This document shows, one piece after another, positions 18,735-26,859 of a stretch of 64,000 bases of DNA. A program made the position numbers and the translations under genes. The stretch is from a plasmid: NCBI RefSeq assembly GCF_988243305.1, contig NZ_OZ547139.1. One strand, 5' to 3'. The notes under the pieces are model-generated. The model was given only the letters and a program-made list of their open reading frames with translations, did no database searches and was not told the DNA's origin. How positions within the stretch are numbered: position 1 is the first letter of the stretch; each line of letters starts with the position of its first letter.

Positions 18735-19887
18735 ACTTGCCCTCTTTTAACGCCAGATAGTCCATATATCCTGCGACCTCGATGACTTCCGCTTCGTCGA
18801 TCAAACCTTCCTGGTGCATTGCCCAGGCGTTCTGAATCAGACTGCGGTTTTCAGCGATCAACAGGTCGTCGATGTAGCGGCCCCACTTGCTGTAATCAAC
18901 GTCATAGAGTTTGCGGCGCAGGCTGTTATCAATGACGAGATATTCACGGACAGCCTTGCGCCGGCCGTCTTTTGTTTTAAGCAAGCGTTGCACGATGATG
19001 TAAGAAAGGATACTCAGCAGGTCAAAGGCGGCAGCTTCACGCATTTCCGGCGGATAGTTCTGCAATGATCGGGAAATGGCTTCTCCGACCGTTTTGACGT
19101 GCAGTGTGCCAAGACAAAAGTGGCCGGATTTACCTGCCAGTACAGCAGCTTCAAATGACAGGCGGTTAAGGAGCTCACCAACCCCCATAATCTTCGGAGA
19201 ACGACGGAGCCCGGAGAGAGTGATAAAATTGTGGAAGGAATCAATATCGCGCCCAATCTGTGACTGTGCCGGCGCCGGAGCAATCCAGTCTCGACTTCCC
19301 AGGCGATACTCGATGGGATCTTCAACCGTGATGATTTTCCGGTCCTGGTACGTTTCACCGCAATACTGGAAGATGCTGGCCATCAGGGTTGACTTGCCCG
19401 ATCCCGTCTCGCCGCATATCAGTCCGAGGCCGGCAGCCGGCAACAGAGAATTAAACAGGTCCGGCTCAATACCCATTTGTTTAAGCTGAGGAATAACCTC
19501 ATTCAGAACACGGAGTGTCAGAGACATTGCCGCTTCTGTTTTATAAATATCGGCCTGAGTAAAGTTCGCGCGGAACCGGCGGGTTTCGCCGCGGCCGAGT
19601 CCAATCGTGCCCGCTTCATCACCTCTTAGCTGGATAGCGGTATTAACGACCGCAGCACTTTTCAGCGTCCCTTTGATCTCCTGACCGAACACCTTATCAA
19701 CGGTACGTTCCAGCTCCAGGTTGTCGAGCGGGTAAGATGTCATGGGCAACTGGCGCCCATGACGTTCTACCCAGATTTTATCTCCGCCCTGCAACAGAAT
19801 ATCGGACACTTCATTGTTTGAGCAGTGTACGAGAAAACGTTCCAGCGTCTGGGGCGTCAGCGTTGGACCAAAATTGAATGCTTCCAT
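18724..19887 (-). CDS. traJ: TraJ, DotB-like (PilT/VirB11 family) secretion ATPase
   Basis: Walker A GETGSGKST, 387 aa; assigned by synteny. Confidence 0.85.
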   Translation of the reverse strand: MEAFNFGPTLTPQTLERFLVHCSNNEVSDILLQGGDKIWVERHGRQLPMTSYPLDNLELERTVDKVFGQEIKGTLKSAAVVNTAIQLRGDEAGTIGLGRGETRRFRANFTQADIYKTEAAMSLTLRVLNEVIPQLKQMGIEPDLFNSLLPAAGLGLICGETGSGKSTLMASIFQYCGETYQDRKIITVEDPIEYRLGSRDWIAPAPAQSQIGRDIDSFHNFITLSGLRRSPKIMGVGELLNRLSFEAAVLAGKSGHFCLGTLHVKTVGEAISRSLQNYPPEMREAAAFDLLSILSYIIVQRLLKTKDGRRKAVREYLVIDNSLRRKLYDVDYSKWGRYIDDLLIAENRSLIQNAWAMHQEGLIDEAEVIEVAGYMDYLALKEGKYGH

Positions 19888-19897
19888 CTACTGCCCC

Positions 19898-20677
19898 TTA
19901 ACGTATGGTCGGTTTCCAGCTGCGTTTGTTGATGTCAAACTCAGCTTGCTGCTTCATACGTTTCGTTTTATCGCCCAGCATGAGGCGGTTTTTATCCCCT
20001 GTAACTGTTTGCTGCTGCTGTGTGATGACTGGAGCCTTAATCATGCCCTGCTGCAGTAGCGTGCTGTAGCGCAACATGCCGGTGTAATCCCGTGTGAGGC
20101 GATTGAAATTAGCAGTGAATATCTCATCAGCTTTTTGGCGACCGTCAGACCAGCCCAGCGCGACAGCTTTTTTCCAGATATCACGTTGTTTCCCGTCCTT
20201 CGGCATTGCAGCCGGTTCAGGCAATTCGATCCGCTGCGCCATCAGCCCGGTCAGAAGATAGCTTTTCCAGGTCGGTGGGTTACTGACAAAGCGCGCCGGC
20301 ACCACAATGTCATAGGCACGGTTGGCCGTTCGGATTTGCTCATTGGTAATGTGTGCAACGTCTTTAGCTTCAGCAATGACCGGTGGCAGGTAGCCTTCAG
20401 AAGAGACCAGCGGCTGGAACGAATACATGTAATCAAGGTTGCTGCGCTGATTTTCCAGCGCGGCGCGAATTTCTTTAGCGCGTTCTGCCTTTCCGCCGCG
20501 AAATCCAATGGTGTGCGCTGCGTCGTTTAGCATACTGCCAGTAACATCGGCCTCATCGTCACTTTGGCTTGGCGGGTCCATGTAGTAATCCAGGCCTTTA
20601 ACATCGGAGTCGTCCGCGCGTGCAACGTTCGCAGCAAGCAGCGGTAACGTCAGAAGCACGATCAGTTTAAGTTTCAT
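19898..20677 (-). CDS. traI: TraI, DotC-like exported/lipoprotein
   Basis: Signal peptide, 259 aa, lies between traH and traJ. Confidence 0.65.
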   Translation of the reverse strand: MKLKLIVLLTLPLLAANVARADDSDVKGLDYYMDPPSQSDDEADVTGSMLNDAAHTIGFRGGKAERAKEIRAALENQRSNLDYMYSFQPLVSSEGYLPPVIAEAKDVAHITNEQIRTANRAYDIVVPARFVSNPPTWKSYLLTGLMAQRIELPEPAAMPKDGKQRDIWKKAVALGWSDGRQKADEIFTANFNRLTRDYTGMLRYSTLLQQGMIKAPVITQQQQTVTGDKNRLMLGDKTKRMKQQAEFDINKRSWKPTIR

Positions 20678-21174
20678 GGGCGGGTCCCTCTGAGGAATGA
20701 ACCTTTCTTCGATGGTGTGAGGTAAAGCAGCTGCAGTTCACCGGGTTTCTGGTTGATGGTGGCACGGTACTGCGTTTGTTGTCGGATCAGGGTCAGCAAC
20801 TGTTCAAACGTAACCTTCGAACCACCAACATCGATATTGAGTGGAAGCGGTAACTTGATCCCCTGACTGGTGAATTGAAGGCCACGCTGTTTAGCCAGTT
20901 GCTCCAGTAATTCGTAAGCATCACCCTGCCAGCTCACACGAACATACTGACTGTTTGCATTGATAATGGTAGGGAATTTGTAACGGGTCCTGTTAATGGC
21001 TCCAGCCTGGTAAAGCTCATCCTGTGCGAGTTTTATCTTAATGGCTTGCTCACGCAATTCCTGATCTACCAGCTGCTGTGCAGAGATTTGTTTTTCCTTT
21101 TCGCTTTGAGAGGCACACCCGGCAAGAGCTAACACAGAAACGGCCGCGAGGACCGTTTGCATTTTGATTTTCAT
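20674..21174 (-). CDS. traH: TraH, DotD-like lipoprotein
   Basis: Lipobox LALAGC, 166 aa, first gene after nikB. Confidence 0.65.
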   Translation of the reverse strand: MKIKMQTVLAAVSVLALAGCASQSEKEKQISAQQLVDQELREQAIKIKLAQDELYQAGAINRTRYKFPTIINANSQYVRVSWQGDAYELLEQLAKQRGLQFTSQGIKLPLPLNIDVGGSKVTFEQLLTLIRQQTQYRATINQKPGELQLLYLTPSKKGSFLRGTRP

Positions 21175-21187
21175 TTCTTACTCCATT

Positions 21188-23167
21188 TTACTTCGGATTG
21201 AATTTGTCGTCGCTTTCACTTCTGAATTGCATTTCATTTTTACTATTATTTTGCTCACGAATCAAACGATGTTTCTCGTTTTGAGCATACGCCTGCTGAG
21301 CGGCATCTGTGAAGGTAATGCCCTGCGCGACAGGGAGATTGTGGTTCACAGCTGCATCGACGATACGATTACAGCACAGTTCCTTAAACTCGCCGTCACC
21401 ATCAACACGAACAGATTTGGCTTTACCAGCAATCGTTAATGCAATTGCAAGGTCAGCCGTTTTCTCTTTGTCGATTCCATTACTTTCTGTCAGCACAATA
21501 TGACCACGATCAGCCGCTACCGGTTTACCATCGCGCTCAAAGATAACAGTACCGTCTTTCAAAAGCCGTGGCTTGACACCATGACGTGCTGAGGCCATTA
21601 CGGCCACATCATCACGATCATGACTGGTGATGGCGTTAAAGGTACGGTTGAACCCGATCTGCTCAACCAGTTGCTGTTTATACTTCTCCTTCTTCCTGGA
21701 GGAATAGGCAAAGCCCCTCATTTGGCTGAGCGCTGCCTTATCACCCTTCAGTGCTTCCTGTTCGACCCACTCCCGGTAAGAAAGCCGTGGGTTAGCCGCC
21801 CTGAAGCCGTTGCGTTCTTCACGCAAGCTAAGACGCAGATTGGCAACCGCCTGCAGGCGTTTGAACTCAGCCAGGTTGTACATCAGCTTTCTGGTATGAG
21901 GATCTGAAACAGAATGCCGGACGTTATTTTTCACCAACCGGGTATGTTGGGCAATTTTCCGGTATTCATCGGCGATGCGATCCTTATCCGGAGAATATAT
22001 CGGTAAATTGTTCCGGTAGGCGCGATAGCGACCCTTGAGCAGCATTCTTTCTTCTGCGCGCTCAATTTTACGCTGCAGACGTTTATTGGCATCTCGACGA
22101 TAAGCACCAGGGGTATATGCGGTTTTAAATACCGATACTTTGGCCGGTTCAATATGTGAAGGCTGGTATTCACCAAAGCGCTCTTCCATCGACTTCAGGG
22201 TATATTGTGCCTTGTTAAATACCAGACTCGCCTTAACAGCCGTCTTCTGGTTTTGATGTTCGTGGGTAATGACGTAGCCCTTTTTCCCCTGTGCTTTTTC
22301 GACACGAAGACCGATGTCTGCAAATGTCTTATGCACATCATCCCAGCTTTTGGCTTCACGAAGTCCAGCTGAAACATGGATCAAGTTTTGACGACTACCG
22401 CCTACTTGTTCATCACCAACGATATAGCGATAGAGCGTTTCAACCCCCTCTTTATTCTCCATCTTGTTGATGCGATCGAGTGAGCGCCAGTTGCCCCGCT
22501 CTTTCTTACTGTGAGGGTTCCGGACAATCTGTTGACGGTCATTAACCACATATGCGCCGTTTGAATGGGACCAACCATTCTTCAATTCCAGTAAGCGGCA
22601 CGCCTGATGAAGAGTGTCTTTGGTAAAGCTCGATGAGGCGGCTTTATATGTCTGGGGATTGATGCGGTTGACAGCAACATGCACATGCAGGTTATCTGTA
22701 TCCCGGTGGATGGCTGCAACATACTGGTGATCGGACATGCCCATAGAGGCAAGAGTGAACTTCACCGAATCGAACACCTGATCGTCATTCGGCTTCTCAT
22801 AGTCTGGCCATGAGAGAACATAATGCATGACCGGGTCTTTGCAGCGTGTGTTTTGCTGGGAAACAGAATTCATTTCCTGTGCTGCACCATCGAGCGAGAA
22901 GGTATTGTACTGGCAGGTAACATCACCAACCACAACACGCTGTACACCTGGCTCAACATCCACCGGTGTGCTGATCACTTTCTGTTTACGGATAAGGTAA
23001 TTGTTTAACCCTTCGAACATATCCGATTTAACAGCTAAAACCGTCTCAGGAGTAGGCTGAACAGTATCAGTCAACTCCTGAGACGGCTTGTCTGCCATGT
23101 ACTTAATCAGCTGACCAAAGCTGGATTTTTTATCCCTTCGGCCCTCAATGATTTTAGGTATCACCAT
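21188..23167 (-). CDS. nikB: NikB, MOBP-family relaxase (659 aa)
   Basis: His-triad motif AAIHRDTDNLHVHVAVNRINP. Follows nikA and lies adjacent to oriT. Confidence 0.85.
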   Translation of the reverse strand: MVIPKIIEGRRDKKSSFGQLIKYMADKPSQELTDTVQPTPETVLAVKSDMFEGLNNYLIRKQKVISTPVDVEPGVQRVVVGDVTCQYNTFSLDGAAQEMNSVSQQNTRCKDPVMHYVLSWPDYEKPNDDQVFDSVKFTLASMGMSDHQYVAAIHRDTDNLHVHVAVNRINPQTYKAASSSFTKDTLHQACRLLELKNGWSHSNGAYVVNDRQQIVRNPHSKKERGNWRSLDRINKMENKEGVETLYRYIVGDEQVGGSRQNLIHVSAGLREAKSWDDVHKTFADIGLRVEKAQGKKGYVITHEHQNQKTAVKASLVFNKAQYTLKSMEERFGEYQPSHIEPAKVSVFKTAYTPGAYRRDANKRLQRKIERAEERMLLKGRYRAYRNNLPIYSPDKDRIADEYRKIAQHTRLVKNNVRHSVSDPHTRKLMYNLAEFKRLQAVANLRLSLREERNGFRAANPRLSYREWVEQEALKGDKAALSQMRGFAYSSRKKEKYKQQLVEQIGFNRTFNAITSHDRDDVAVMASARHGVKPRLLKDGTVIFERDGKPVAADRGHIVLTESNGIDKEKTADLAIALTIAGKAKSVRVDGDGEFKELCCNRIVDAAVNHNLPVAQGITFTDAAQQAYAQNEKHRLIREQNNSKNEMQFRSESDDKFNPK

Positions 23168-23471
23168 CCATCTCCTGTTGCAGTTTCTGTGCGGCCTTTT
23201 TGACCTCGATCAGAATCTCTGAATACTCCTTGCTATGAACCCCGGCACCTTCGTTAAACAGATGTTTTTGAAGGGCTGTTATCTTTACAAGAGCGGCAAG
23301 TGCATTGTAATTACCTTTCGATTGAATGCGCTTTCCAAGCCCAGATTTGATAAGATATTGACTAAGACTAAGCCCTGCTTCATGGGCCTTTTCGGTGAGT
23401 TTAGCTTTCACTTCTGTGGAACATCTCACCTGGATTCGATCGTCTGTTTTTCTGCTCTCGCTACGGCTCAT
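23154..23471 (-). CDS. nikA: NikA, RHH relaxosome accessory protein (105 aa from MSRSESRK)
   Basis: RIQVRCSTEVKAKLTEKAHEAGLSLSQYL is a typical MobC/NikA RHH. The start is moved to ATG 23471 (GAGGT upstream). The upstream part of the ORF covers oriT. Confidence 0.75.
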   Translation of the reverse strand: MSRSESRKTDDRIQVRCSTEVKAKLTEKAHEAGLSLSQYLIKSGLGKRIQSKGNYNALAALVKITALQKHLFNEGAGVHSKEYSEILIEVKKAAQKLQQEMDGDT

Positions 23472-23489
23472 CAGATAGCTAACCTCGTT

Positions 23490-23580
23490 AGGGGGTGTCG
23501 GGGCTTGCCCTGACCAAGACGTTTTTGGACGGCCGCCGCGTGTCGGCGGTACTCCAAAAACACATCTTGTCCCGTACTTA
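23490..23580 (+). other. oriT: inverted repeats plus a MOBP-like nick motif (putative nic 23569/23570 on the plus strand)
   Basis: Imperfect IR ggtgtcggggc-tt-gccctgacc (23493-23517) and IR ccgccg-cgtgt-cggcgg (23533-23549). CACATCTTG|TCCCGT resembles the R64/RP4 nick region YATCCTG|Y (from memory). Confidence 0.55.
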
Positions 23581-23745
23581 AATACCTCATTGAATTCTAC
23601 CATCGGCGAGGTTTGAAAGCCAGCAGCGAAGGGCCTGGCAGGCAGAGCAATTGAATCGTGCCGGGCATCATGTAAAATCACCCGAATAGCCTGGGTCGAT
23701 TTTCTCCGGTTCAGCATGGCGATTTTGACATTATTGGGAGGGCAT

Positions 23746-24111
23746 ATGCCTGCAAAAAAGAAAGCATTTTATAGCAGTGAGGACATCGGAAAATTCAAAA
23801 GCATTCTCGACAACTTGCCTGATGTGACGTCAGAAAGGCTTGAGAAAAAGCACGTACTCGACGAGCTTAAGTCTGACATTAAGAAGCTGAAAGATTCGAA
23901 AGGATATGAAGATAAAGAGATACTGAAATTCCTCAACGATGCGGGTTTTTCAGACGTTACATTACGTGATATCAAGGACATTACTGCCGGACGAGTTGGA
24001 AAAAAAAGAACCAGCAACAGCCGAAAAAAAATCACTGGAGTTGACGAAGAGCAGCGCACACAAAATAGCTCTACCGCTCAGAATCCTGACGCTTCAGGTC
24101 CGCAGTATTAA
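23746..24111 (+). CDS. oriT-adjacent basic protein (121 aa from MPAKKK), divergent from nikA; possible relaxosome/mobilization accessory
   Basis: GGGAGGG Shine-Dalgarno before ATG 23746. Lys-rich with a disordered tail. The functional call rests on position only. Confidence 0.45.
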   Translation: MPAKKKAFYSSEDIGKFKSILDNLPDVTSERLEKKHVLDELKSDIKKLKDSKGYEDKEILKFLNDAGFSDVTLRDIKDITAGRVGKKRTSNSRKKITGVDEEQRTQNSSTAQNPDASGPQY

Positions 24112-24360
24112 CCTTCACCTTTCGCATATAGCATCCAACATTATGATATAGCTCCCGGCCTGACAGGCCGGGCATGGGTGCTGCCTGTTCGTGTAATTGA
24201 GCGTGCATACTTGTCACCGTTCCGGTGACAAGGGCACTCATTGGCCGGAAAAAAATTTCCGGTTCCGCTGCAATGCAGCGCTCAATGGTGCGCACGTTCA
24301 GGACCACGATCCGCCTTAGATCCCGATAAATTTACAGGGAAAGGAGTCCGGGCACGGATA

Positions 24361-24386
24361 TTAAAAAGGGGCGCTTACAGCGCCCC
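24361..24386 (-). terminator. Rho-independent terminator after the 46-aa ORF
   Basis: 7-bp GC stem ggggcgc/gcgcccc (24368-24386) followed on the minus strand by T5. Confidence 0.7.
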
Positions 24387-24401
24387 TGAGACAGTTACAG
24401 A

Positions 24402-24542
24402 TTACATCGCGGCTTCTTTAATCCGCCGGAACACTGCCAACCAGAAACGGAAGTGATCCCATTGCGCTGCGTTCATCGGATGCGACTTTGTTTGCACTCC
24501 GTTTGCGACATCTTCAGCATAGTGTATAATCCACAACGGCAT
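24402..24542 (-). CDS. Unannotated 46-aa ORF (MPLWIIHYAEDVANGVQTKSHPMNAAQWDHFRFWLAVFRRIKEAAM)
   Basis: GAGGT 6 nt before ATG 24542 and a strong terminator 15 nt after the TAA. Below the ORF-track cutoff. The plus-strand 88-aa ORF opposite it looks spurious. Confidence 0.45.
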   Translation of the reverse strand: MPLWIIHYAEDVANGVQTKSHPMNAAQWDHFRFWLAVFRRIKEAAM

Positions 24543-24605
24543 TTTGAACCTCACAATTTAAATTGCCTACCCAGCCGGATTGTTGGCGCAATCCGGCACC
24601 TTTTC
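24537..24605 (+). ncRNA. Candidate ~70-nt cis-antisense RNA covering the SD/start of the 46-aa ORF
   Basis: Promoter TTGCGA (24503-24508), 16 nt spacer, TATAAT (24525-24530). Hairpin gccggatt-GUUGGCGC-aatccggc (24574-24597) followed by TTTT. The loop carries the UUGGCG motif. Confidence 0.4.
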
Positions 24606-24611
24606 TGGATT

Positions 24612-25148
24612 TCAATGATTCATCACCTCCTTCACATCCAGAACCAAAAAGTTATCGTTAGCGTGACGCTGCCCTACGATGAAAACAGCATCAAAGCGAC
24701 TTACTGCAACTACGTTTAGTTTGCCTGTAACCTCCTTTCCGTTGATGTTGATGGTTTCATAGAGCACCTCGTATTCCTTCGCAGAATCGGAATACTTCTG
24801 CTCTTTCCAGTTTTCTATCTGTGCGATCAGCTCCGGGGCCAGCTGCTGACGAACACGGTTTAGTTCATAGTCACGATTGAGAATCAGGCGGTAATCTTTA
24901 ATTAGCTGGTTGATAACCTTGTTCTCATCCCACTCGGATAGCAGTGGGCACTGTTCGCACTGTATAACACCATCTTTAATCAGTTTTTCTCTGATGCCAT
25001 TAACAACCTGTACAGCACTTAATTCACTGTCGTAGTTCTTTTTAATTTCATCGCTTCCCGGATATACCATAGCGACATCATTAAAATGGCTTACGATTAA
25101 TTCTGACACAATAAGGGTATAAACCTCATAAGGGTATAAGGTCGCCAT
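24612..25148 (-). CDS. Leading-region protein of unknown function (178 aa, AT-rich gene)
   Basis: ORF with its own copy of the conserved leading-region promoter core. No motif recognised. Confidence 0.6.
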   Translation of the reverse strand: MATLYPYEVYTLIVSELIVSHFNDVAMVYPGSDEIKKNYDSELSAVQVVNGIREKLIKDGVIQCEQCPLLSEWDENKVINQLIKDYRLILNRDYELNRVRQQLAPELIAQIENWKEQKYSDSAKEYEVLYETININGKEVTGKLNVVAVSRFDAVFIVGQRHANDNFLVLDVKEVMNH

Positions 25149-25207
25149 AATATTCTCTCCACGTTATTTACAGAGCGTTTTAATCAATATCCACTTTTAA
25201 ACTTCAC

Positions 25208-25241
25208 GATTATTATACGTCTAATGAGCCATTGCAGGCAA
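25208..25241 (-). promoter_or_regulatory. Leading-region cassette copy 1 (promoter core only)
   Basis: Minus strand: TTGCCT, 18 nt spacer (..atggctcattagacg), TATAAT. Same core as the other copies but with a different UTR. Confidence 0.6.
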
Positions 25242-25280
25242 GAAAAAAATGCCCCTTTTCGAGGCATATTTTTAACCGGT

Positions 25281-25592
25281 TTACCACTCCCAAACGGTCA
25301 GTTCTGGCACCTGTTCTGCATCCCGGTCAAACCAAATCCAGTCGAACCCGGCACCATTTAACGCGGCTATATTATCCAAAGCACTTGCACTGATCCCCGC
25401 CCTGGCTAATTCCACACGCCATTGTTCAGTAGCAGAAATACGCAATATCCACCCATAGCGATTTTTCTCGATCCAGAACAAACCTTGACCGGACAAGTCA
25501 TCGTTACAGACCTTATCCAGTAGCTCCGCGTCTTCTTTTTTTACATGGCCGGTACTGACGACAGCCACCCGATATTGTTCACTGATATTCAT
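25281..25592 (-). CDS. Leading-region protein of unknown function (103 aa), co-transcribed with ssb
   Basis: ORF with a G-rich Shine-Dalgarno, 58 nt after the ssb stop. Confidence 0.6.
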   Translation of the reverse strand: MNISEQYRVAVVSTGHVKKEDAELLDKVCNDDLSGQGLFWIEKNRYGWILRISATEQWRVELARAGISASALDNIAALNGAGFDWIWFDRDAEQVPELTVWEW

Positions 25593-25650
25593 ACTCCCCC
25601 CCCTTCAGGGTTGGCGGCCCGCGCCCTGCGGGCCGTTCTAACTCAAATAC

Positions 25651-26085
25651 TCACTGCGGGTAATCATTCATATCCGGGAACGGCGGTTCATCATGATTTT
25701 CAGTGCCTCCCAGACCTTCAGCACTGGTGTTACGTGGCCCAGCTCCCGGCAGCATCTGCATTTCGCCGTTATTATCGATCACAATTTCCTTGTTACTGCG
25801 CATTTTGCCGTCTGTCCCTTGCCATTTGTTATTACGAATGCGCCCGACAAAATACAGCATCATACCCTTTTTGAAGTACTTCCCAGCTGCTTCGGCCTTC
25901 TTTCCAAAAATGACAACATCATGCCATTCCGTTTCTTTTTGCTCCTTCCCTTCGTTGTCGCTGTAGCTGATTTCTGTAGCCAGCGTCAGGCTCGCAATGG
26001 CCGTTCCGTTTGGGGTGTAACGCACTTCTGCATCTTTGCCAGCACGCCCCATCAGAATCACTTTGTTTTCGCCACGTTTCCACAT
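25651..26085 (-). CDS. ssb: Plasmid single-stranded DNA-binding protein (144 aa from MWKRGENKV)
   Basis: OB-fold N-terminus (NKVILMGRAGKDAEVRYTPNGTAIASLTLAT...WHDVVIFGK), Gly/Asn-rich linker and an acidic Pro-Phe tip (DEPPFPDMNDY). Confidence 0.85.
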   Translation of the reverse strand: MWKRGENKVILMGRAGKDAEVRYTPNGTAIASLTLATEISYSDNEGKEQKETEWHDVVIFGKKAEAAGKYFKKGMMLYFVGRIRNNKWQGTDGKMRSNKEIVIDNNGEMQMLPGAGPRNTSAEGLGGTENHDEPPFPDMNDYPQ

Positions 26086-26156
26086 AATACACCTCATATA
26101 TTTGATGTTTATCAGTAAAAAATGGGAGGATTAAGGGGGATTTCTCCCCCTCTTTA

Positions 26157-26378
26157 TCAGTAAAACTTCACGTTCGATTTCAGGGCTTTTTCAAAGTCTT
26201 TTACAAAGGAATTTGCAAAAGTGTAATCACGATGAATAAGCTGTTTTGTTTTAGGATTTCGCCACTCAACCTGCACTGATTCGGCTGAGTATTCGATCAC
26301 CTCGATTTGATTTTTTACACCGAGATAATCAGCAATTGCCATTACGGCATTCACTTTTTTTTGGTCTGCTTCTTTCAT
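26157..26378 (-). CDS. Leading-region protein of unknown function (73 aa)
   Basis: ORF immediately preceded by a full promoter+UTR cassette. Confidence 0.6.
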   Translation of the reverse strand: MKEADQKKVNAVMAIADYLGVKNQIEVIEYSAESVQVEWRNPKTKQLIHRDYTFANSFVKDFEKALKSNVKFY

Positions 26379-26383
26379 TTCAA

Positions 26384-26468
26384 CTCCTTCGCCAGTCGGG
26401 GCGCTACCGCGAAAGACTCAACTGCCTTTCGATGTAATAATTATACGTCTAATGAGCCACTTTATCAA
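26384..26468 (-). promoter_or_regulatory. Leading-region cassette copy 2 (promoter + UTR + SD)
   Basis: Minus strand: TTGATA, 18 nt spacer, TATAAT, then atcgaaagg..tctttcg, then ggtagcgccccgactggcgaaggag, then ATG. Confidence 0.65.
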
Positions 26469-26497
26469 CTCATCAGACGTATTTTTTTATTTAATTT

Positions 26498-26513
26498 TGT
26501 TCAAATATGAACA
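26498..26513. promoter_or_regulatory. 16-bp palindrome TGTTCA-AATA-TGAACA (copy 1 of 2)
   Basis: Perfect inverted repeat, identical (as reverse complement) to 41080-41095. Confidence 0.4.
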
Positions 26514-26531
26514 TTTATTGATGCTAAATAT

Positions 26532-26816
26532 CTAACATAATGGCTTGAATTTGGCCTTGTTGTAGGTGATCCGGTAGTCTTTGCACTTCCCGTTCTGCCG
26601 CAGGAACTCCAGCGAGACAACGTTAGCAGCGGCAAAATTGATGCACATAATGCTTTCCAGCGCCTCGAACAGGTCGGCCCCATTGGCAAGCGGAAACCAC
26701 AGATCGTTGTCGCTACCGCTTAATTTTTCATGCAGACAGAAATGCACAGCACGCACGCCGCCAAATTCCGTAACCAGCACCGTATTGCTGGCGCGAATAT
26801 CAGTTAGTGTTAACAT
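26532..26816 (-). CDS. Leading-region protein of unknown function (94 aa from MLTLTDIRAS), co-transcribed with klcA
   Basis: The start is moved to ATG 26816, which lies after the post-klcA hairpin and a GGGGGA Shine-Dalgarno. Confidence 0.55.
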   Translation of the reverse strand: MLTLTDIRASNTVLVTEFGGVRAVHFCLHEKLSGSDNDLWFPLANGADLFEALESIMCINFAAANVVSLEFLRQNGKCKDYRITYNKAKFKPLC

Positions 26817-26859
26817 TTTTCCCCCTGTCAGTATTGGCCCCCTCGCGGGGGCCGCCGTT

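Noticed and set aside
24071-24456. 78-aa minus-strand and 71-aa plus-strand ORFs in the oriT-proximal non-coding stretch
   Set aside because: They run through the hairpin cluster and the terminator, overlap the end of the 23746-24111 gene, and have no SD. The region is better explained as structured non-coding DNA.
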